From Vicugna vicugna (taxonomy: Eukaryota): 64,000 nt of DNA. The notes under the pieces are model-generated. The model did not search any database. It saw only the letters and a program-made list of their open reading frames with translations, and was not told the origin of the DNA. The position numbers were made by a program, and so were the translations under genes. Location of the stretch: the NCBI GenBank assembly GCA_013265495.1, contig MU058198.1:4789779-4853778 (forward strand). Direction: 5' to 3'. Shown here one piece after another: positions 26,323-38,899 of this stretch; within the stretch, counting starts at the first letter, position 1, and each line of letters opens with the position of its first letter.

Positions 26323-26936
26323 GCCCAGGATGGGGGTTCACCAAAACCACATTTGTTTTTGACGATTTGCAAGAAGGACTCACAAAACTCAGAAAAGCTG
26401 TTATACTTACAGTCCTGGTTTATTACTGTGAGAAGATACACATTGAAATCAGCAAAGGAAAAAGACAGGGAGGGCAGAGTCCAGGGGAAAAACCAGAGCC
26501 AAGCTTCCATTCGTGCTTTCCCAGTGGAGGTGCCCAGACAGCACTAATTCTCCCAGCAACGACGTGTGACAGATGTGCTGTTACCAGTCAGGGAGGCTTC
26601 AGTAAGGCTTGGTGTCCAGGAATTGTACTGGGGGACAGTCGCATCGGCATGAAGTGCCCATGTGATGGCCTTAGCTACTCAGTCTCCAGGATCCCACCTC
26701 CCCACCCAGAGGTCCACGGTGTGGCCCAGGGCCCCAGGCAAACAAAAACAGCTGTTCACTGTACATCACAGTGTTAGCATAAACTTTTCAGCATTGTCCA
26801 GTGTCTCAGATATAGAGACACTCTTATCAGGCAGGGTACTCCAAGGGCTCGAGACTCTGGCCATGGGTCAGTCTTTCTTTGGGCTGTGCAGAACTCAGGG
26901 ACTCCAAGCCTGCTGTGCAACCCCTTTAATGTACAC
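26322..26936 (-). mobile_element. LTR MER21C-like
   Basis: gaaggactcacaaaactcagaaaagctgttatacttacag...aaatcagcaaaggaaaaag; terminus cctgctgtgcaacccctttaatgtaca. Confidence 0.8.
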
Positions 26937-28769
26937 TCCCACCCCAGCACAGACTCTGGGTCAGGCAGGTGCAAGTGGCTGGGAAAGCAAAGAGGCTTCC
27001 TTATATGCAAATCTGAACACACGCTTGGGGCTGTCGGCCTTGCCTTTCTCTCTTTGCTGTCCCACGGTGAGCAAACAATTTTGTTAGGCTCTACCTTGGA
27101 AGGATGAATCTTTTCATAGTGTTTGCAGAGGAGCAGTTCAGTTGTATTGCTGCATTTCTATTTGGCCTCTCCTGATCCAGGATTGGGGTGGACACATTGC
27201 AAAACCCACAAGGCAAGTGACTAGAATCTCTTAGAATCCAGGGAGCAAGCTTCAGTCGAAGCCTCTGGATCAGGCTGAATCCTGCCGACACATGCCTGCT
27301 CAGATAAATTGATATTCTCATCCTGATGACTCATATGGTGAGCCACATTGACATGCCATCTCTTTGGCTGACCCTTGTTACTCTGCCACCAACACAGTAG
27401 GAAATGCATGATTATTTTCACACTAACAAGCACTGGAGAGCAACAAGCTTTTTTTTTCCCCCCTCGCTTTTCACAGTGGCACCCATTGACCTTCAGCTGA
27501 CATTCTGGGTGTCACAATGGATGATCAGAGCCTGGGTGACCCTGTGGAGCTCTTGACACCCTGAAGTGGTCTCAGGAGAAGGATTTTGGCCATGATCTTG
27601 TGCCGTCTTGACTCATTAAACAAGACCCAGAAAACGTCTCACTGCTTGAATGGGACCAGTTAGATTTCTGGAAGGAGGCAGTGTAGTGTGGGTTATTGGA
27701 AACCCTGTATTTTAATTGTGGACGGTGCTCCTTGGGCACATCCTCTAACCCCTGAGACTGCGTGTTTTCTCATTAGTTACATGGCGGCCGCAACAACACC
27801 TACTTTATGGCGTAGTTACGCTGGTTGGTTACGCTGGGATAGAGCAAGGAAGGCTTTCAGCACTGTGGTCAGCTCCTAGTAGACAGCCATGTGATGGTGA
27901 CATTGTTGTCAACATTAGTAGTGTAATACTGTACATCCTGGTACTCAGCTGATGCTGAGCTAAGGATCTCCATTCCTGCCTTGTAGATTTATAGATGAAA
28001 GGAGCCTTCCCAATAAGACCGTCTCTGAGGTCCATCCCATGTAGGGAGTTTCTAGAACCTTCTGCCTAGGCTTCCTCTTCCTCCAGGATTGGGAGAAATG
28101 GGAGTAGTGGCTGATGTATTTTAGAGTTTATCAAGGTGGAAGCACATGCATCTTACTATTTTAGAAGTGCCAATACGTTGGTGATGCGAGACACACTCTT
28201 AGTATCTTTGGTTATTGTTCACCTGCATCATCTTGACTCTTTCCATCCTGAGCCGGGTCTCAGATACCTGGATTTGTTACATAGTCTCCTTTCTGAAACA
28301 TCTTGGGGCAAAGTGACAGGAGTTCACTGGGAGTCACCTGTTGGCCGGGAGACCCCTCTGCCCAGGCCAACACTGGACACCCCTCTGTATCTGGGCCTGT
28401 TTCCCCGGGTACCTGAGGGTCAAGGTTGGTCATGTGGCATCACGTTTTACAGAGGAGTGAGTGAGACTCTCTAAAATGACTCAGTTCTCTTGGTTCCTAA
28501 AGAAGCTGAGTTTAAACATCCTGGTGTAGAAAAAAGAGCAATGCTGGAAGTTGGTTGGCTTGAGTTTTGGCTTCTGTCCTGCCCCAATTTTCTTATGAAT
28601 TCGGAGGAAAGAACATCACTTTCCATCTATGGGTCTCAGTTTCCCTTTCTGGAAGGTGGCGGGGAAGCAGAGGAGACTACACTGGTTAACAGGTGAGTGC
28701 AGGAGTCTGGGCGTGAGTTAGGCTGGGTTCTTTCAGCCCAAAAGCACGTGGCCGAGTTGTGGTATGTGA

Positions 28770-29010
28770 TAGGTATGTGCAGGCCGCCCGAGATCCAGGC
28801 CTGGGGGCTGCTCATTGACTCTGTGATCTTGGACAAATTACCGAGCCTTTCTCTGCCTTACTTTCTTCCTGGTAAAAATGTGGAGAGTCATAGTATCTAC
28901 CTCATATTCATAGCTGTAAGGATTGAATGGGTTAAAGAAATGTACTATGCTGAGAATGGTACCTGGCGTGTATAGTAAATGCTGCGTGGATGATAGATTG
29001 TATTATTAAC
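28770..29010 (+). mobile_element. MIR SINE
   Basis: ctgtgatcttggacaaatta...tacctggcgtgtatagtaaatgct. Confidence 0.8.
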
Positions 29011-30651
29011 CGTGTAGGGATTAAGTTCACTCCTACAAAGAAATGTGCTCCGTCTAACCATTTTTTTTAAAACATGGCTTTCGTAGCCTATCTTTATAGA
29101 CATTTATTCAGTAAAAGAAAAAACCGGGTCATGTAGTCATACAGAGATGACCTTTCACCTTGATGCAGGGGCTACATTGGGAATGGGTGGGGGAGGCAGG
29201 CGCGGGGAGATTTTGGGCTTCAACCAAAGAGGTGGCCCTGACTCTTTTCTGGCCCTTGGCTGCCACGTGCGATGTGGACTCGGTGTTGTGAGAGCTTTCC
29301 ATTTGGAAAGAAAAACTAGAGATCTGAATTTTTATGACATTTCTCATTTTTTATTTTAGATTGTAACAAAAGTGTCTAATCACTAGTTGGGCCAAAGAAA
29401 CCCGGTTGTGCAGGACTGCTGGCTTTGATCTCAGATCTCAGAGACTCACCTTCTCATTTGTTGGACTGAGGACCCAGGCCCCCAGGGGGGCACAGGATGA
29501 ATGAGGGTGTAGGCTTGAGGCAGAACTTGGACCAGAAACCGGGCCCCTAACACCCAGCCCCGGGGCTCTCTACCTTAAACCATTTATCCAGTCCATATTC
29601 TGTTCCAGGCACTGTATGAGGTGCCGGGAGTGCAGTGAAGCCCAGGAAGACACAGTTCCTCCCTCTTGAGGAATCTGCAGTGTAGGGGAGTGCCCAGCCA
29701 CAAACGAGCCCACCATCCCAGGCCTTCCTGACTCCCCTGGGAGGCTGCAGCTCGTATAGAGCATACCTGAGTGATCAGGACAGGTGAGCTTGTGAATTCA
29801 GGCGCCCTCTCCCGTGTGACACAAACGTATCCCAACAGAAGCCTCTGAGAGAGAGAGAGTGTTGGAAACCAAAGGGGGCACCTGATGGTGGGAACTTCAG
29901 GCTTTATTATGGGGGTGGTGAGGGGACCAGTAGCTTCACTGGCCCAGTAGAGTTTTCTTATGGATGTGACATTATTTCCCCTGGGACACTCACTCTGGAC
30001 TACGGAGGACTGACCCTACCAGGTAGGCTTTGTGAATTCTGAACTAGGTGGTGATTTAGAAAACCCTTGGCAATGTAACTGATTTCCTAGGGTATTGCCA
30101 TGAGTACACTTCTGGTGTCTGCGTGTCGAAGAGCTTGGCCACCAGCTATTTACACTCTTGTAGAAGAAGTCTCAGTCAAAGCTTGGGTCAGATGCGAGCG
30201 CAGTCCACCTGCCTGAACGTTGAAGCCATTGGCACTCCAGGATCTGGTGGCACACAGGATTCCCTCGCAATCCAAAAGTAGAGTGTGCCTGCCAAGACTT
30301 CTGTGCGCTGAAATGGCATAAAGTGAGGAAGCCTTAGGACACATCTTGCTCATGGATGCACAAAATAAATTGAGCTAAAGCAGCGACGCTCACAGACACA
30401 GTTCAAGGCTGTGGCGACTGAAGGCTGAGATGCCAACTGTAGCTCCCCGGGAAGGAGCCTGGGGTACCATTCTTGCTGCAGGGGGTGTGCGTTGCCTCTG
30501 TAATGACTGAGCTTGCTGCAAAACACTGAAAGCTATTTTTGCTTTGCGCCTGTTTTCATTTCAGCGGAAGGCCTTTGCGGATTTCTTTCAGTTAGCGATA
30601 ATAGGTCCTGAGGTAGGTCTTTTGTAGAAGCCAAGTGGCATGGAGCGAACT

Positions 30652-30746
30652 GTCTTTTAAAAAAATTCTTTTAAATTGAAGGATAGTCAGTTTACAATGT
30701 TGTGTTAATTTCTGGTGTACAGCATAGTGATTCAGTCATACATACA
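30652..30746 (-). mobile_element. Short L1 3' end
   Basis: aattgaaggatagtcagtttacaatgttgtgttaatttctggtgtacagc; degenerate TSD catggagcgaact (30639-30651) / catgaagtgaact (30747-30759). Confidence 0.85.
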
Positions 30747-30794
30747 CATGAAGTGAACTTTTGAAAATGGGGCATACTTGTCTAGTGTTTGTGT

Positions 30795-30870
30795 CAAGCG
30801 ACATCACCCTTCCCCACAGAGGAATCTACTTGCAAGCGACATCACCCTTCCCCACAGAGGAATCTACTTG
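30795..30870. repeat. Perfect 38-bp tandem duplication
   Basis: caagcgacatcacccttccccacagaggaatctacttg x2. Confidence 0.97.
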
Positions 30871-30961
30871 CCCAACTAACTGAAAAATCTAGCATTGTGC
30901 AGAGGTTTCAGGCAAAGCTGGATCCAGGGGTTCAAAACCATCCAGGCTCTGTCTCTCTCTC

Positions 30962-31480
30962 CTTTTTTTTTTTTTTAAATTGAACTATAGTCAGTTACAA
31001 TGTGTCAATTTCTGGTGTACAGCATAATGTTTCAGTCATACATATACATACATATATTCCTTTTCATGTTCTTTTTCATTCTAGGTTACTACAAAATATT
31101 GAGTAGACTTCCCTGTGTTATACAGAAGAAATTTATTTTTAAAATCTATTTTATATATAGTAGTTAATATTTGCAAATCTTGAACTCCCAGTTTATCCCT
31201 CCCCACTGCTTTTCCTCACTGGTAACCATAAGTTTGGTTACTATGTCTGTGAGTCTGTTTCTGTTTTGTAGATGAGTTCATTAGTGTGTTCTTTTCCTCT
31301 TTTTTTTTTAGATTTCACATATGAGTGATATCATATGGTATTTTTCTTTCTCTTTCTGACTTACTTCACTTAGAATGACAATCTCCAGATCCATCCATGT
31401 TGCTGCAAATGGCATTACTTTATTCTTTTTTATGGCTGAGTCATATTCCATCGTGTAAATACGCCACAGCGTCTTTATCT
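30962..31480 (-). mobile_element. 5'-truncated L1 (older artiodactyl/camelid 3' end)
   Basis: Poly-T, 3'UTR, then antisense ORF2 end (cacatatgagtgatatcatatgg...ccatgttgctgcaaatggc). Confidence 0.93.
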
Positions 31481-32056
31481 ATCTACTTCTTTATTCTGTG
31501 CTGCATTGGCTTCGTTCTGAGGCAGGCCTCCTGTACGTGGTGGCCGCCAGTAGTGGCAGGCTTACTTTCAGACGGCCCCCCCTGTAGCAGAGGCAAGGGA
31601 ATGCGGTGTTCTTAAATAGATGCAGGGGAAGTTCCATGGCTGATTCTCACTGGCCCTGACTGGGCTACATACCTATCTGTGAACCAATCACTATGAACCT
31701 GATGGCACAGACCTGGGCCTTTTGCCATCCCTGGAGCTGGGCTGGAGGCATCCTGTCCCAAACAACACAGACCAAGAAGAGGGAAGGATGTTCCCCAAGG
31801 GAACACTGGGGCACTAAACGCTAGAAGATGGAAGAATAAAACCTGGGCAAGGAGGCTCTATTGGGTTAAGTTCTTTGCCCAAGATGTAACAGTTTAATTT
31901 CTCTCATCACTTATTTCCACCGAGCTTTGCAATGCTTCCTACAAATCCCTCTCCATCCGTCCTGGTGCATGTGTCATCCCTTCGTGCCTCAGAGTGGCTT
32001 CCAGATGGGCCTCCCGCCATGTGTCTGAGCAGACGTCAAAGGATATTTTCCAAGGC

Positions 32057-32511
32057 TGTATGAGGGCTCTCCAGAGAAACAACCAATAGTGTATCTGTGT
32101 CTGTATCATCTATAGAAAAATATTTGACTTACTATAGGAATTGGCTTATGTGGTTTTGGAGGCCAAGAAGTCCCATGATCTGCTGTCCGCAAGGTGGAGA
32201 AGCAGGGAAGCTGGCGGTGTCATTCATCCCGGGAACCAGAAGTGTTAATATCTGAGGACAGGAGGTGGGTGTCCCAGCTCAGGCAGGGAGACGTTTGCCC
32301 CTCCTCCGTCTTTTTGTTCTGTTCATCCTCAGGAGTGTGGATGGTCCCACTCACGTTGGTGAGGATGGGTCTTCTTTACTGAGGCTCCTGATTCAAATGC
32401 TGATGTCTTCTGGAAACATCCTCACAGACGCACCCAGCAGTCCTGTTTGACCAGCTATCTGGGCCTCCCTCCCTTCGTCCGGGCAAGTTGACACTTAAAA
32501 TGACCATCCCA
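32057..32511 (-). mobile_element. ERVL LTR, MLT2-like solo LTR
   Basis: ctctccagagaaac...ggaattggcttatg...caagttgacacttaaaatgaccatccca; TG...CA ends; 5-bp flanks aaggc/gaggc. Confidence 0.88.
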
Positions 32512-33084
32512 GAGGCAGAGTGAGGAAGCTGATTGGAGTGACATCCAAAACAGTGTTGGGAGAACATGTCTTGGAGGCTGTAACGACTCCTGGCCATAAT
32601 GTCCCTACAGAGTGACCTTGGCCCTTGAAATACTGGATGTGGTTCGTTTGAAGTGAGGAAAGAAACGGTGCTATGTGAAGTTACTCATTAACGTCCGTGG
32701 AGTGGAGTTCGCTGGGTGGATTCTGAGACTACTGCCGGGAGATTATGTGCTGCACAGCACATACAGAATTCCTGGCACTCACTGGATGTTCAGTAAATGC
32801 TCTCAGATTTCCTCGAATCTATAATGTGCATTCTCATTCTTAAGATACTAGGAATAGATCATTGCTCATTACACCGAGATGCTACTTTTAGCTTTAGGGT
32901 TTTAAAAGTTTGTATTTATTGGAAAGAGCTTCCTTAGGCTTGGACACTTATCTTCTGTCACTCTTGTGCGTTCATCAGAAAAAAAAATGATATAAATGGG
33001 TTCATGTATCCCTAACATTTCCTATCCAAAGTTGGACCCTTCTAAGCCACCCCCAGCTCACAGTGCCCTGCCCTTGCACATTCT

Positions 33085-33745
33085 TTCTGTTTTTTTTTTG
33101 GTTTTATTATTATTACTATTTTTTATTGAAATATAGTCGGTTTACAATGTTGCATCAATTTCTGGTGTGCAGCATAGTGATTCAGTCACATATATACATA
33201 TATATATATTCTTTTTCATATTCTTTTTTCATTCTAGATCACTGCAAGATTTTGAATAGAGTTCCCTGTGCTCTACAGTAGAACCTTGTTGTTTCTCTAT
33301 TTTACGTATAGTAGTTAGTATCTACAGATCTCGAACTCCCACTTTATCCCTTCCCATCCCCTCTTCCCCCTGGTAAGAACCGTAAGTTTATTTTCTATGT
33401 CTGTGAATCTGTTTCTGTTTTGTAAATAAGTTCATTTGTGTCTTTTTTTTTAAGATTCTACATATGAGTGATATCATATGGTATTTTTCTTTCTCTTTCT
33501 GGCTTACTTCACTTAGAATGACGATTTCCATGTCCATCCATGTTGCTGCAAATGGCATTATTTCATACTTTTTAATGGCTGAGTAGTATTCCATTGTATA
33601 ACTATACCACAGCGTCTTTATCCAGTCATCTGTGGATGGACATTGAGGTTGTTTCCATGTCTTGGCTATTGTAAATAGTGCTGCTGTGAACATTGGGGTG
33701 CATATATCTTATTGAGTTGCAGTGCCCTCCAGATCTATGCCCTGG
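33085..33745 (-). mobile_element. 5'-truncated L1 with ORF2 C-terminal remnant
   Basis: ORF 33388-33693 MFTAALFTIAKTWKQPQCPSTDDWIK...YHMISLIC is the L1 ORF2 C-terminus. Confidence 0.95.
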
Positions 33746-34297
33746 TATTGTTCTTAACCCCTTCCAGGCCGTCACTCTGGCAGCATTTCTTAAAGAGGGC
33801 TCCACTGCTGCCCCCAGGATTTTCTCCCAGGCTACTGCTTGGTACGATGCCAAGGCTCAGGCACTGACAATATGTCATGACAACTGTGAGACACAGTTTG
33901 ATTTCAGATAGGTTAAATTGTGAATAAAAATATGTGTTTTAGGAGTGATGAAATACAGTATTTCGCTCACTCTCCTCAGCTCCTCCCAGCTTTGCTAATT
34001 GCAGCAAAGGGCACTGTAATTGCCCATAGACTTGTCTCTCCTATCCTGAGATTGTACAGCAAATGTGTGGGTAACTGTGGCCTCTGTGTGCCGTTCATCC
34101 TCTGTCTACTGCATGAAAATCTTCCCAGCTGACAGCATGCAAACTCAGTGTGCCTCAGCTCAGCGGAGATGACTGTAAACTCCACCCTTGCCTTCTTCCC
34201 CATCACTCATTACATGCCACACACACTGCCTTCTCTCTGTTCGTTGTGCAACCCAGGGCTGTTCCTAACTCTGGGCCTTGCTCTTTGTTCTCTTGTA

Positions 34298-34509
34298 CCC
34301 GCGGTTCTCAGCAAGGGGAGTCCTGGCCCTTTCTTTCTGGAAATGAAGGGGAACATTTTCTCCTACCTTAGTGACTACAGAGGGGACCCTACAGATATTA
34401 GGTGGCTGAGGTCGAGCGATGCTGAGTGTCCTGTGATGCTTAGGGCAGACCTACATAAGGAAAGCAATCCCGCGCCAAATGCCAGTAGCATCCCTTTCAA
34501 GAAAACCTG
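34298..34509. mobile_element. MER20-like hAT MITE
   Basis: gcggttctca...gatgctgagtgtcctgtgatgc...ccaaatgccagtagc...aagaaaacctg. Confidence 0.6.
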
Positions 34510-34734
34510 ACATCAGTGGCTTTTGCCCTTGGCTTTGCCTGGCTGTCTCTCTTCCTTGTCACTCCTTCCGGATGTGAATGGTGTCCTCAGAGCACACCCT
34601 GCCTGCGTGGGCTGCAGTCCTGTTCCCTCCAGCCCAGGCCACTTTCTATCAGACTCCTTAATTTCTGCCCACTGTAGCACTTGTCACTGTCTGAGGTTGT
34701 CTTGCTTGTTTATCTGATGATGATTATTTACCTT

Positions 34735-35192
34735 GTAATATAGTTGACTCACAATATTATGTTAGTTTCAGGTGTACAACATAGGGGTTCGACACTTTTA
34801 TGGATTCTACTCCATACAATGTTGGCTGTATTTCCTGTGTGGTACATCTTTGTAACTTACTTATTTTATACCTAGTAGTTTGTACCTCTTAATCCTATTC
34901 ACTATGTGGCCCTGCCTTGACCCCCTCCCCTCTGGTAACTTCTAGGTTGTTCTCTGTATCTGTGAGTCTATTTCTGTTTTGTTATTGTCATTCATTTTTT
35001 TTTTAGATTCCACATATAATGAAAACATATAGTATTTGTCTTTCTCCATATGACTTATTTCACTAAGCATAATACCCTCCATGTCTATCCACGTTGTCAC
35101 AAATGGCAAATTTTCATTCTTTTTTGTGGCTGTGTAATATTCCATTATACATGTGCACATATATGCATATACAATATATGTGTGTATATATT

Positions 35193-35229
<37 letters not shown>

Positions 35230-35428
35230 ATGCAGCATCATCTTTAGCCATTCATTCTTCTGTTGATAGACAGTCAGGTTACTTTCATGGAAAGCAGTAT
35301 GGAGGTTTTTCACAAAAATTAAAAATAGAACCACTATCTGATCCAGCAGTTCCAATCCTGGATATTTATCCAAAGAAAACGAAAACACTGATTTTGAGAT
35401 GCACCCCAGTGTTCACAGCAGTGCTATT
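34735..35428 (-). mobile_element. L1 with 5' inversion, inserted in an L2; contains (CA)n
   Basis: Minus-strand 3' part to about 35288, then plus-strand ORF2 piece ggaaagcagtatggagg...cccagtgttcacagcag; (CA)n at ~35196-35227; L2 tail follows to ~35575. Confidence 0.88.
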
Positions 35429-37439
35429 ACTTTTTTATTTTCTGTTTGTGTCCTTCCACTAAATACACTACATGAGAGCCAGGATCTTGCCCCGTTTGTT
35501 TCCTGCCATGTCCTTAGCATCCAGAGCAGAACCTCGCACTTAATATTTATTGAATAAATGAACAAGTGAATGAAGGCTCAGAGTTGTCTGCTAATTATCT
35601 TAAGCCTCAGTTGGACAGGAAGCTATTTGCAACCTGCCCATTTTCCCTGTCTCCTCTTCAGTGAATGACACACTTAAAAAAAAAGCAAAACAACAGAACA
35701 AGCAGCTCAGAAGACTTACCCATAGTTAGCTGGCCGTCATAGTGACCGTCTGTGATTCCTGTTCCTGTTTTCAAAGGAACGGTGTCATTGCACATCAGTG
35801 TCAAAGTGAATTGGGCGGCTGATGTCTTAAGCTGATTGTTTCCTGAAAAGTGCTTTCTGGAACAAGGCTCCCTGGAGTCTCTGTCTATTTGGGATGGCAA
35901 AACCTTGGTGGGGGGAAGAGTGTGGATTATGATGTTGGTTATTGAAAAAAGTCCTTTCCACTTAAGCTTTCTTTGAGATTCCAAGTGCGAGTTCACAGAC
36001 CTTTTGATTACAGGGGAACAATGCTATTCCGGCATTGGCACCTTCCTGTGGTTGAAGTGATTGAAGTATTGGCGTTTCTTCAAGGCTTCCTCCAGAAAGG
36101 GAGAGAGGAGACTCAGGAGAGACTGTTTAACCAGTGCCCAGGGCTCCTTCTAAGCCAAAGACGTGTTTCTGCCTGTTCCCTTAATATAAGTATTTGCCTG
36201 CTCTGAACATGTCCGGTCTCTTAGATGAAGTGAACCTCAAAGATCTTAGGTTCCAAGTGACTCCTTTTGCAGATGGTGAGTTAACTTGGTCAAGATGGGA
36301 GCAGAGCCACAGTTAACAAGCAGATATCCTTCCCTTCATGTAGAGGAGTCCGGTTGCTGTCCTGGTGGCTGACTTAAACCATGCAAAATGAAAAGGTAAT
36401 TGAAAGAATGACCCCTCCTTTGTGGTAAGCACTTTCCATGCTGTTTTCTCACTCAATCCCAACAACCTATGACTATGTTACACCTTATATAGGTGAGGAG
36501 ACTGAGGCTCAGAGACATAGGACAACTTGTCTAAGGTCACACAGTGCCAAAGCCGGGGACCCTCATGTTCCCTACTCTCCCAAACCCATGTTCTTAATTG
36601 CGGTAGTGCATGGGGTTTCCTCCTCTCCCGTTATTAACTTTTTCATCTCTGTTTGCTAAGATCCACGGAAGGAAAGAGTATATGAGTAAATTTAGCTGAA
36701 AGATATGGAGAGAATTTCTCATTACTGAGTCTACCATAGATTTTCATCTTCTGTCGAGAAATCTGTCACTGTTACGGTTTTGATTATGCTATGCAGTTTG
36801 TTTCTTGTGTGTGTGTGTAGTTTACTTTTGAGAAAGGTATTTGATTTGAAGAGATTTCTATTTTTGAATCATTTGTCTTCTTTCCTTCTCATGCAGGACT
36901 TTAGCAAATGTTGCAAAATTTATTATATGCAGACATTTTTTTTCCCGCCCCGTTTTGCATTTGAACATCAGAGACGGATCATAAATTTTTTTTTATTACT
37001 TTAAATGATGTACTTCAGCCTTTTTGGTTTTGTTTTGTTTTTGTATAAAGGAAAAGCCTTTACCTTGCCAAGATTTGATTGCCTTCAAGGATGCATTCGA
37101 GAAAGGCAGTGTAGGGGGAGGGAAGGCAGTGGGTCCGGGTTGGTAGGATTATATGTAGCTGAGCAAAACTACTTTGAGGGTACCTCTCCGTAGTGAACTT
37201 GACTGAGCTCCAGATTCAGTTAAAAACAGTTAAAAACAGAGGTTGTGCTGCAGCTTGTAACACCGCCTTGCCTGTATTATTTTCTTCAATGGATTCAAAT
37301 TAATTCACTGAGGTTTGTTCTACTAAGAATGTGCTGGGTGCTACCATGTGGCGAAGCACATTTCTTGCTCTCAGGGAGTTTGTGATGTAGTAGACAGGCA
37401 TGGATATATAAAGGGATCTCTCTGAAGCAGAGTAGTGAT

Positions 37440-37985
37440 ATATTGGCCATCGCTTTCAGTGGCAAGTGGCAGAAACCAACTGAAAGGAAGTTACTGGCTC
37501 ACATAACTGAAAAATCCAGGGAGTATATGGAAATACCCAAATAGCAGGATCTGAGAGTCCAATCCCCCCGCCCCAGCAATTCCTTGACTTTACTTTTTTT
37601 TCGTGTAAGTTCATGAAAGCTCTCCTGTTAAAGTGGCAAAAGTGGTCCCGGTAGCTCCATGCGTTCGTCTTACAGCCTTAGTACCCTGGATGGTAAAAAG
37701 AAAGTTTATCTTCCCTGATAATTCCACCAGAAGTTCCAGTGTTGATTCTCATGGGACCCCCTTGGGTCTTATAGTCACACCAAACCAACCGTGGTGCTCA
37801 AGGAATAGACTATGTTTATTGCCCAGCTTGGAAACATGGGTAGTCTTGGATTCCTAGGGGAATGGGGTCAACCACTCCAGGAAAACATGACAGAGACGAG
37901 GGGTTCCCGGAGGAAAAGGGAGTGCTGTTGGAAGAATAAGTGGAAATGGATTCTGGGTAAACAAAAGCAATAGAGATCTCATACT
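37440..37985 (-). mobile_element. MaLR LTR MLT1K/L-like
   Basis: ttcagtggcaagtggcagaaac...tactggctcacataactgaaaaatccagg...gaaatggattctgggtaaacaaaagcaatagag. Confidence 0.75.
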
Positions 37986-38509
37986 TCTCAGTCATCCAAC
38001 TTTTTGTAAGACTCTGGTGCTGTCTTCTGGAGCGTTAGGCTATGTCCATGCTTAGCTGCCATTGGCTTCTCTTTCCACTCTCTGTGTGCATTGCCTGGTT
38101 CATGGTTAGAGCCTTGGCATCTGCCCTTCTCGTTCTCTGCTTTCTACCTTCTCAAATGTGAATGGTTCCTGGCTTCACTTACCATGTATCCAAAGGGTGA
38201 TTTTAAATTCTGTAGCTCTACCTTGACCTTTCAGACAAATGTATGCCTCTGATGTCTAATGCTTCTCTTGAACTACCTTCTGGTTGTGTTATATTCACAT
38301 CAAATTCTACATCTTATAAACCCAGCATATCAACTGTTCCACAAAACCGGAATCCCACTGGGCTTCCCGAAGCCCCAAGTCACTGAAGGCCTCAGAGGTC
38401 CACAATACCCAGTTGCCACCTCAGCATTCCAGACAGTTAACTATTTATTATGATCTGCTCCAGTAATGGGACAATCATAAGTAGCCTTGCATGTTTCAGG
38501 GAGGAAAGA

Positions 38510-38765
38510 GGCAGTGTAGCTGTCTGATGATGGACACATGGGCTTCCAGGACCAGAGCACTTGCCTTTGAATCTCGGCTTAGCATCCATCCTCTCATTTG
38601 TGTGACCTTGAGCAAGTTATTTAACCTTTCTTAGTTTGCTCATCCATAAAAATAGGGATAATAATAGTAACTACTTAAGAGTGTTGTGTGAATCAAATGA
38701 ATTATACATACAAAGCACTCAGAATAGTGTTATCACATAATCACTTTTAAAATGTTAAGATATTT
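38510..38765 (+). mobile_element. MIR SINE, near full length
   Basis: tgtgtgaccttgagcaagttatttaacc...gggataataatagtaac. Confidence 0.9.
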
Positions 38766-38899
38766 ATTTGGGCACAACGTGAGGTGTAAATCAATTAATC
38801 AATCAGCATATCAGAGAAGTCAATATTCTGTAAGGCAGCTTGTTCTTTTTTTGTTTGATGGCTCTTCTTATACTGATTTCCTTGGAGTCTCACATCCTG

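Larger units (their letters stand above)
30770..31860 (-). mobile_element. MaLR LTR MLT1K-like, split by an L1
   Basis: tttcaggcaaagctggatccaggggttcaaa before the L1; attctcactggccctgactggg...gaaccaatcact after it. Confidence 0.7.

Noticed and set aside
26169..26777. 202-aa ORF and overlapping low-complexity ORFs
   Set aside because: Produced by the polypyrimidine tract and the MER21C LTR
28655..28700. Consensus donor cag|gtgagt (others at ~14277 and ~58827)
   Set aside because: No convincing paired acceptor or recognisable peptide
30795..30870. CRISPR-like repeat
   Set aside because: Only two abutting copies, no spacers, eukaryotic context
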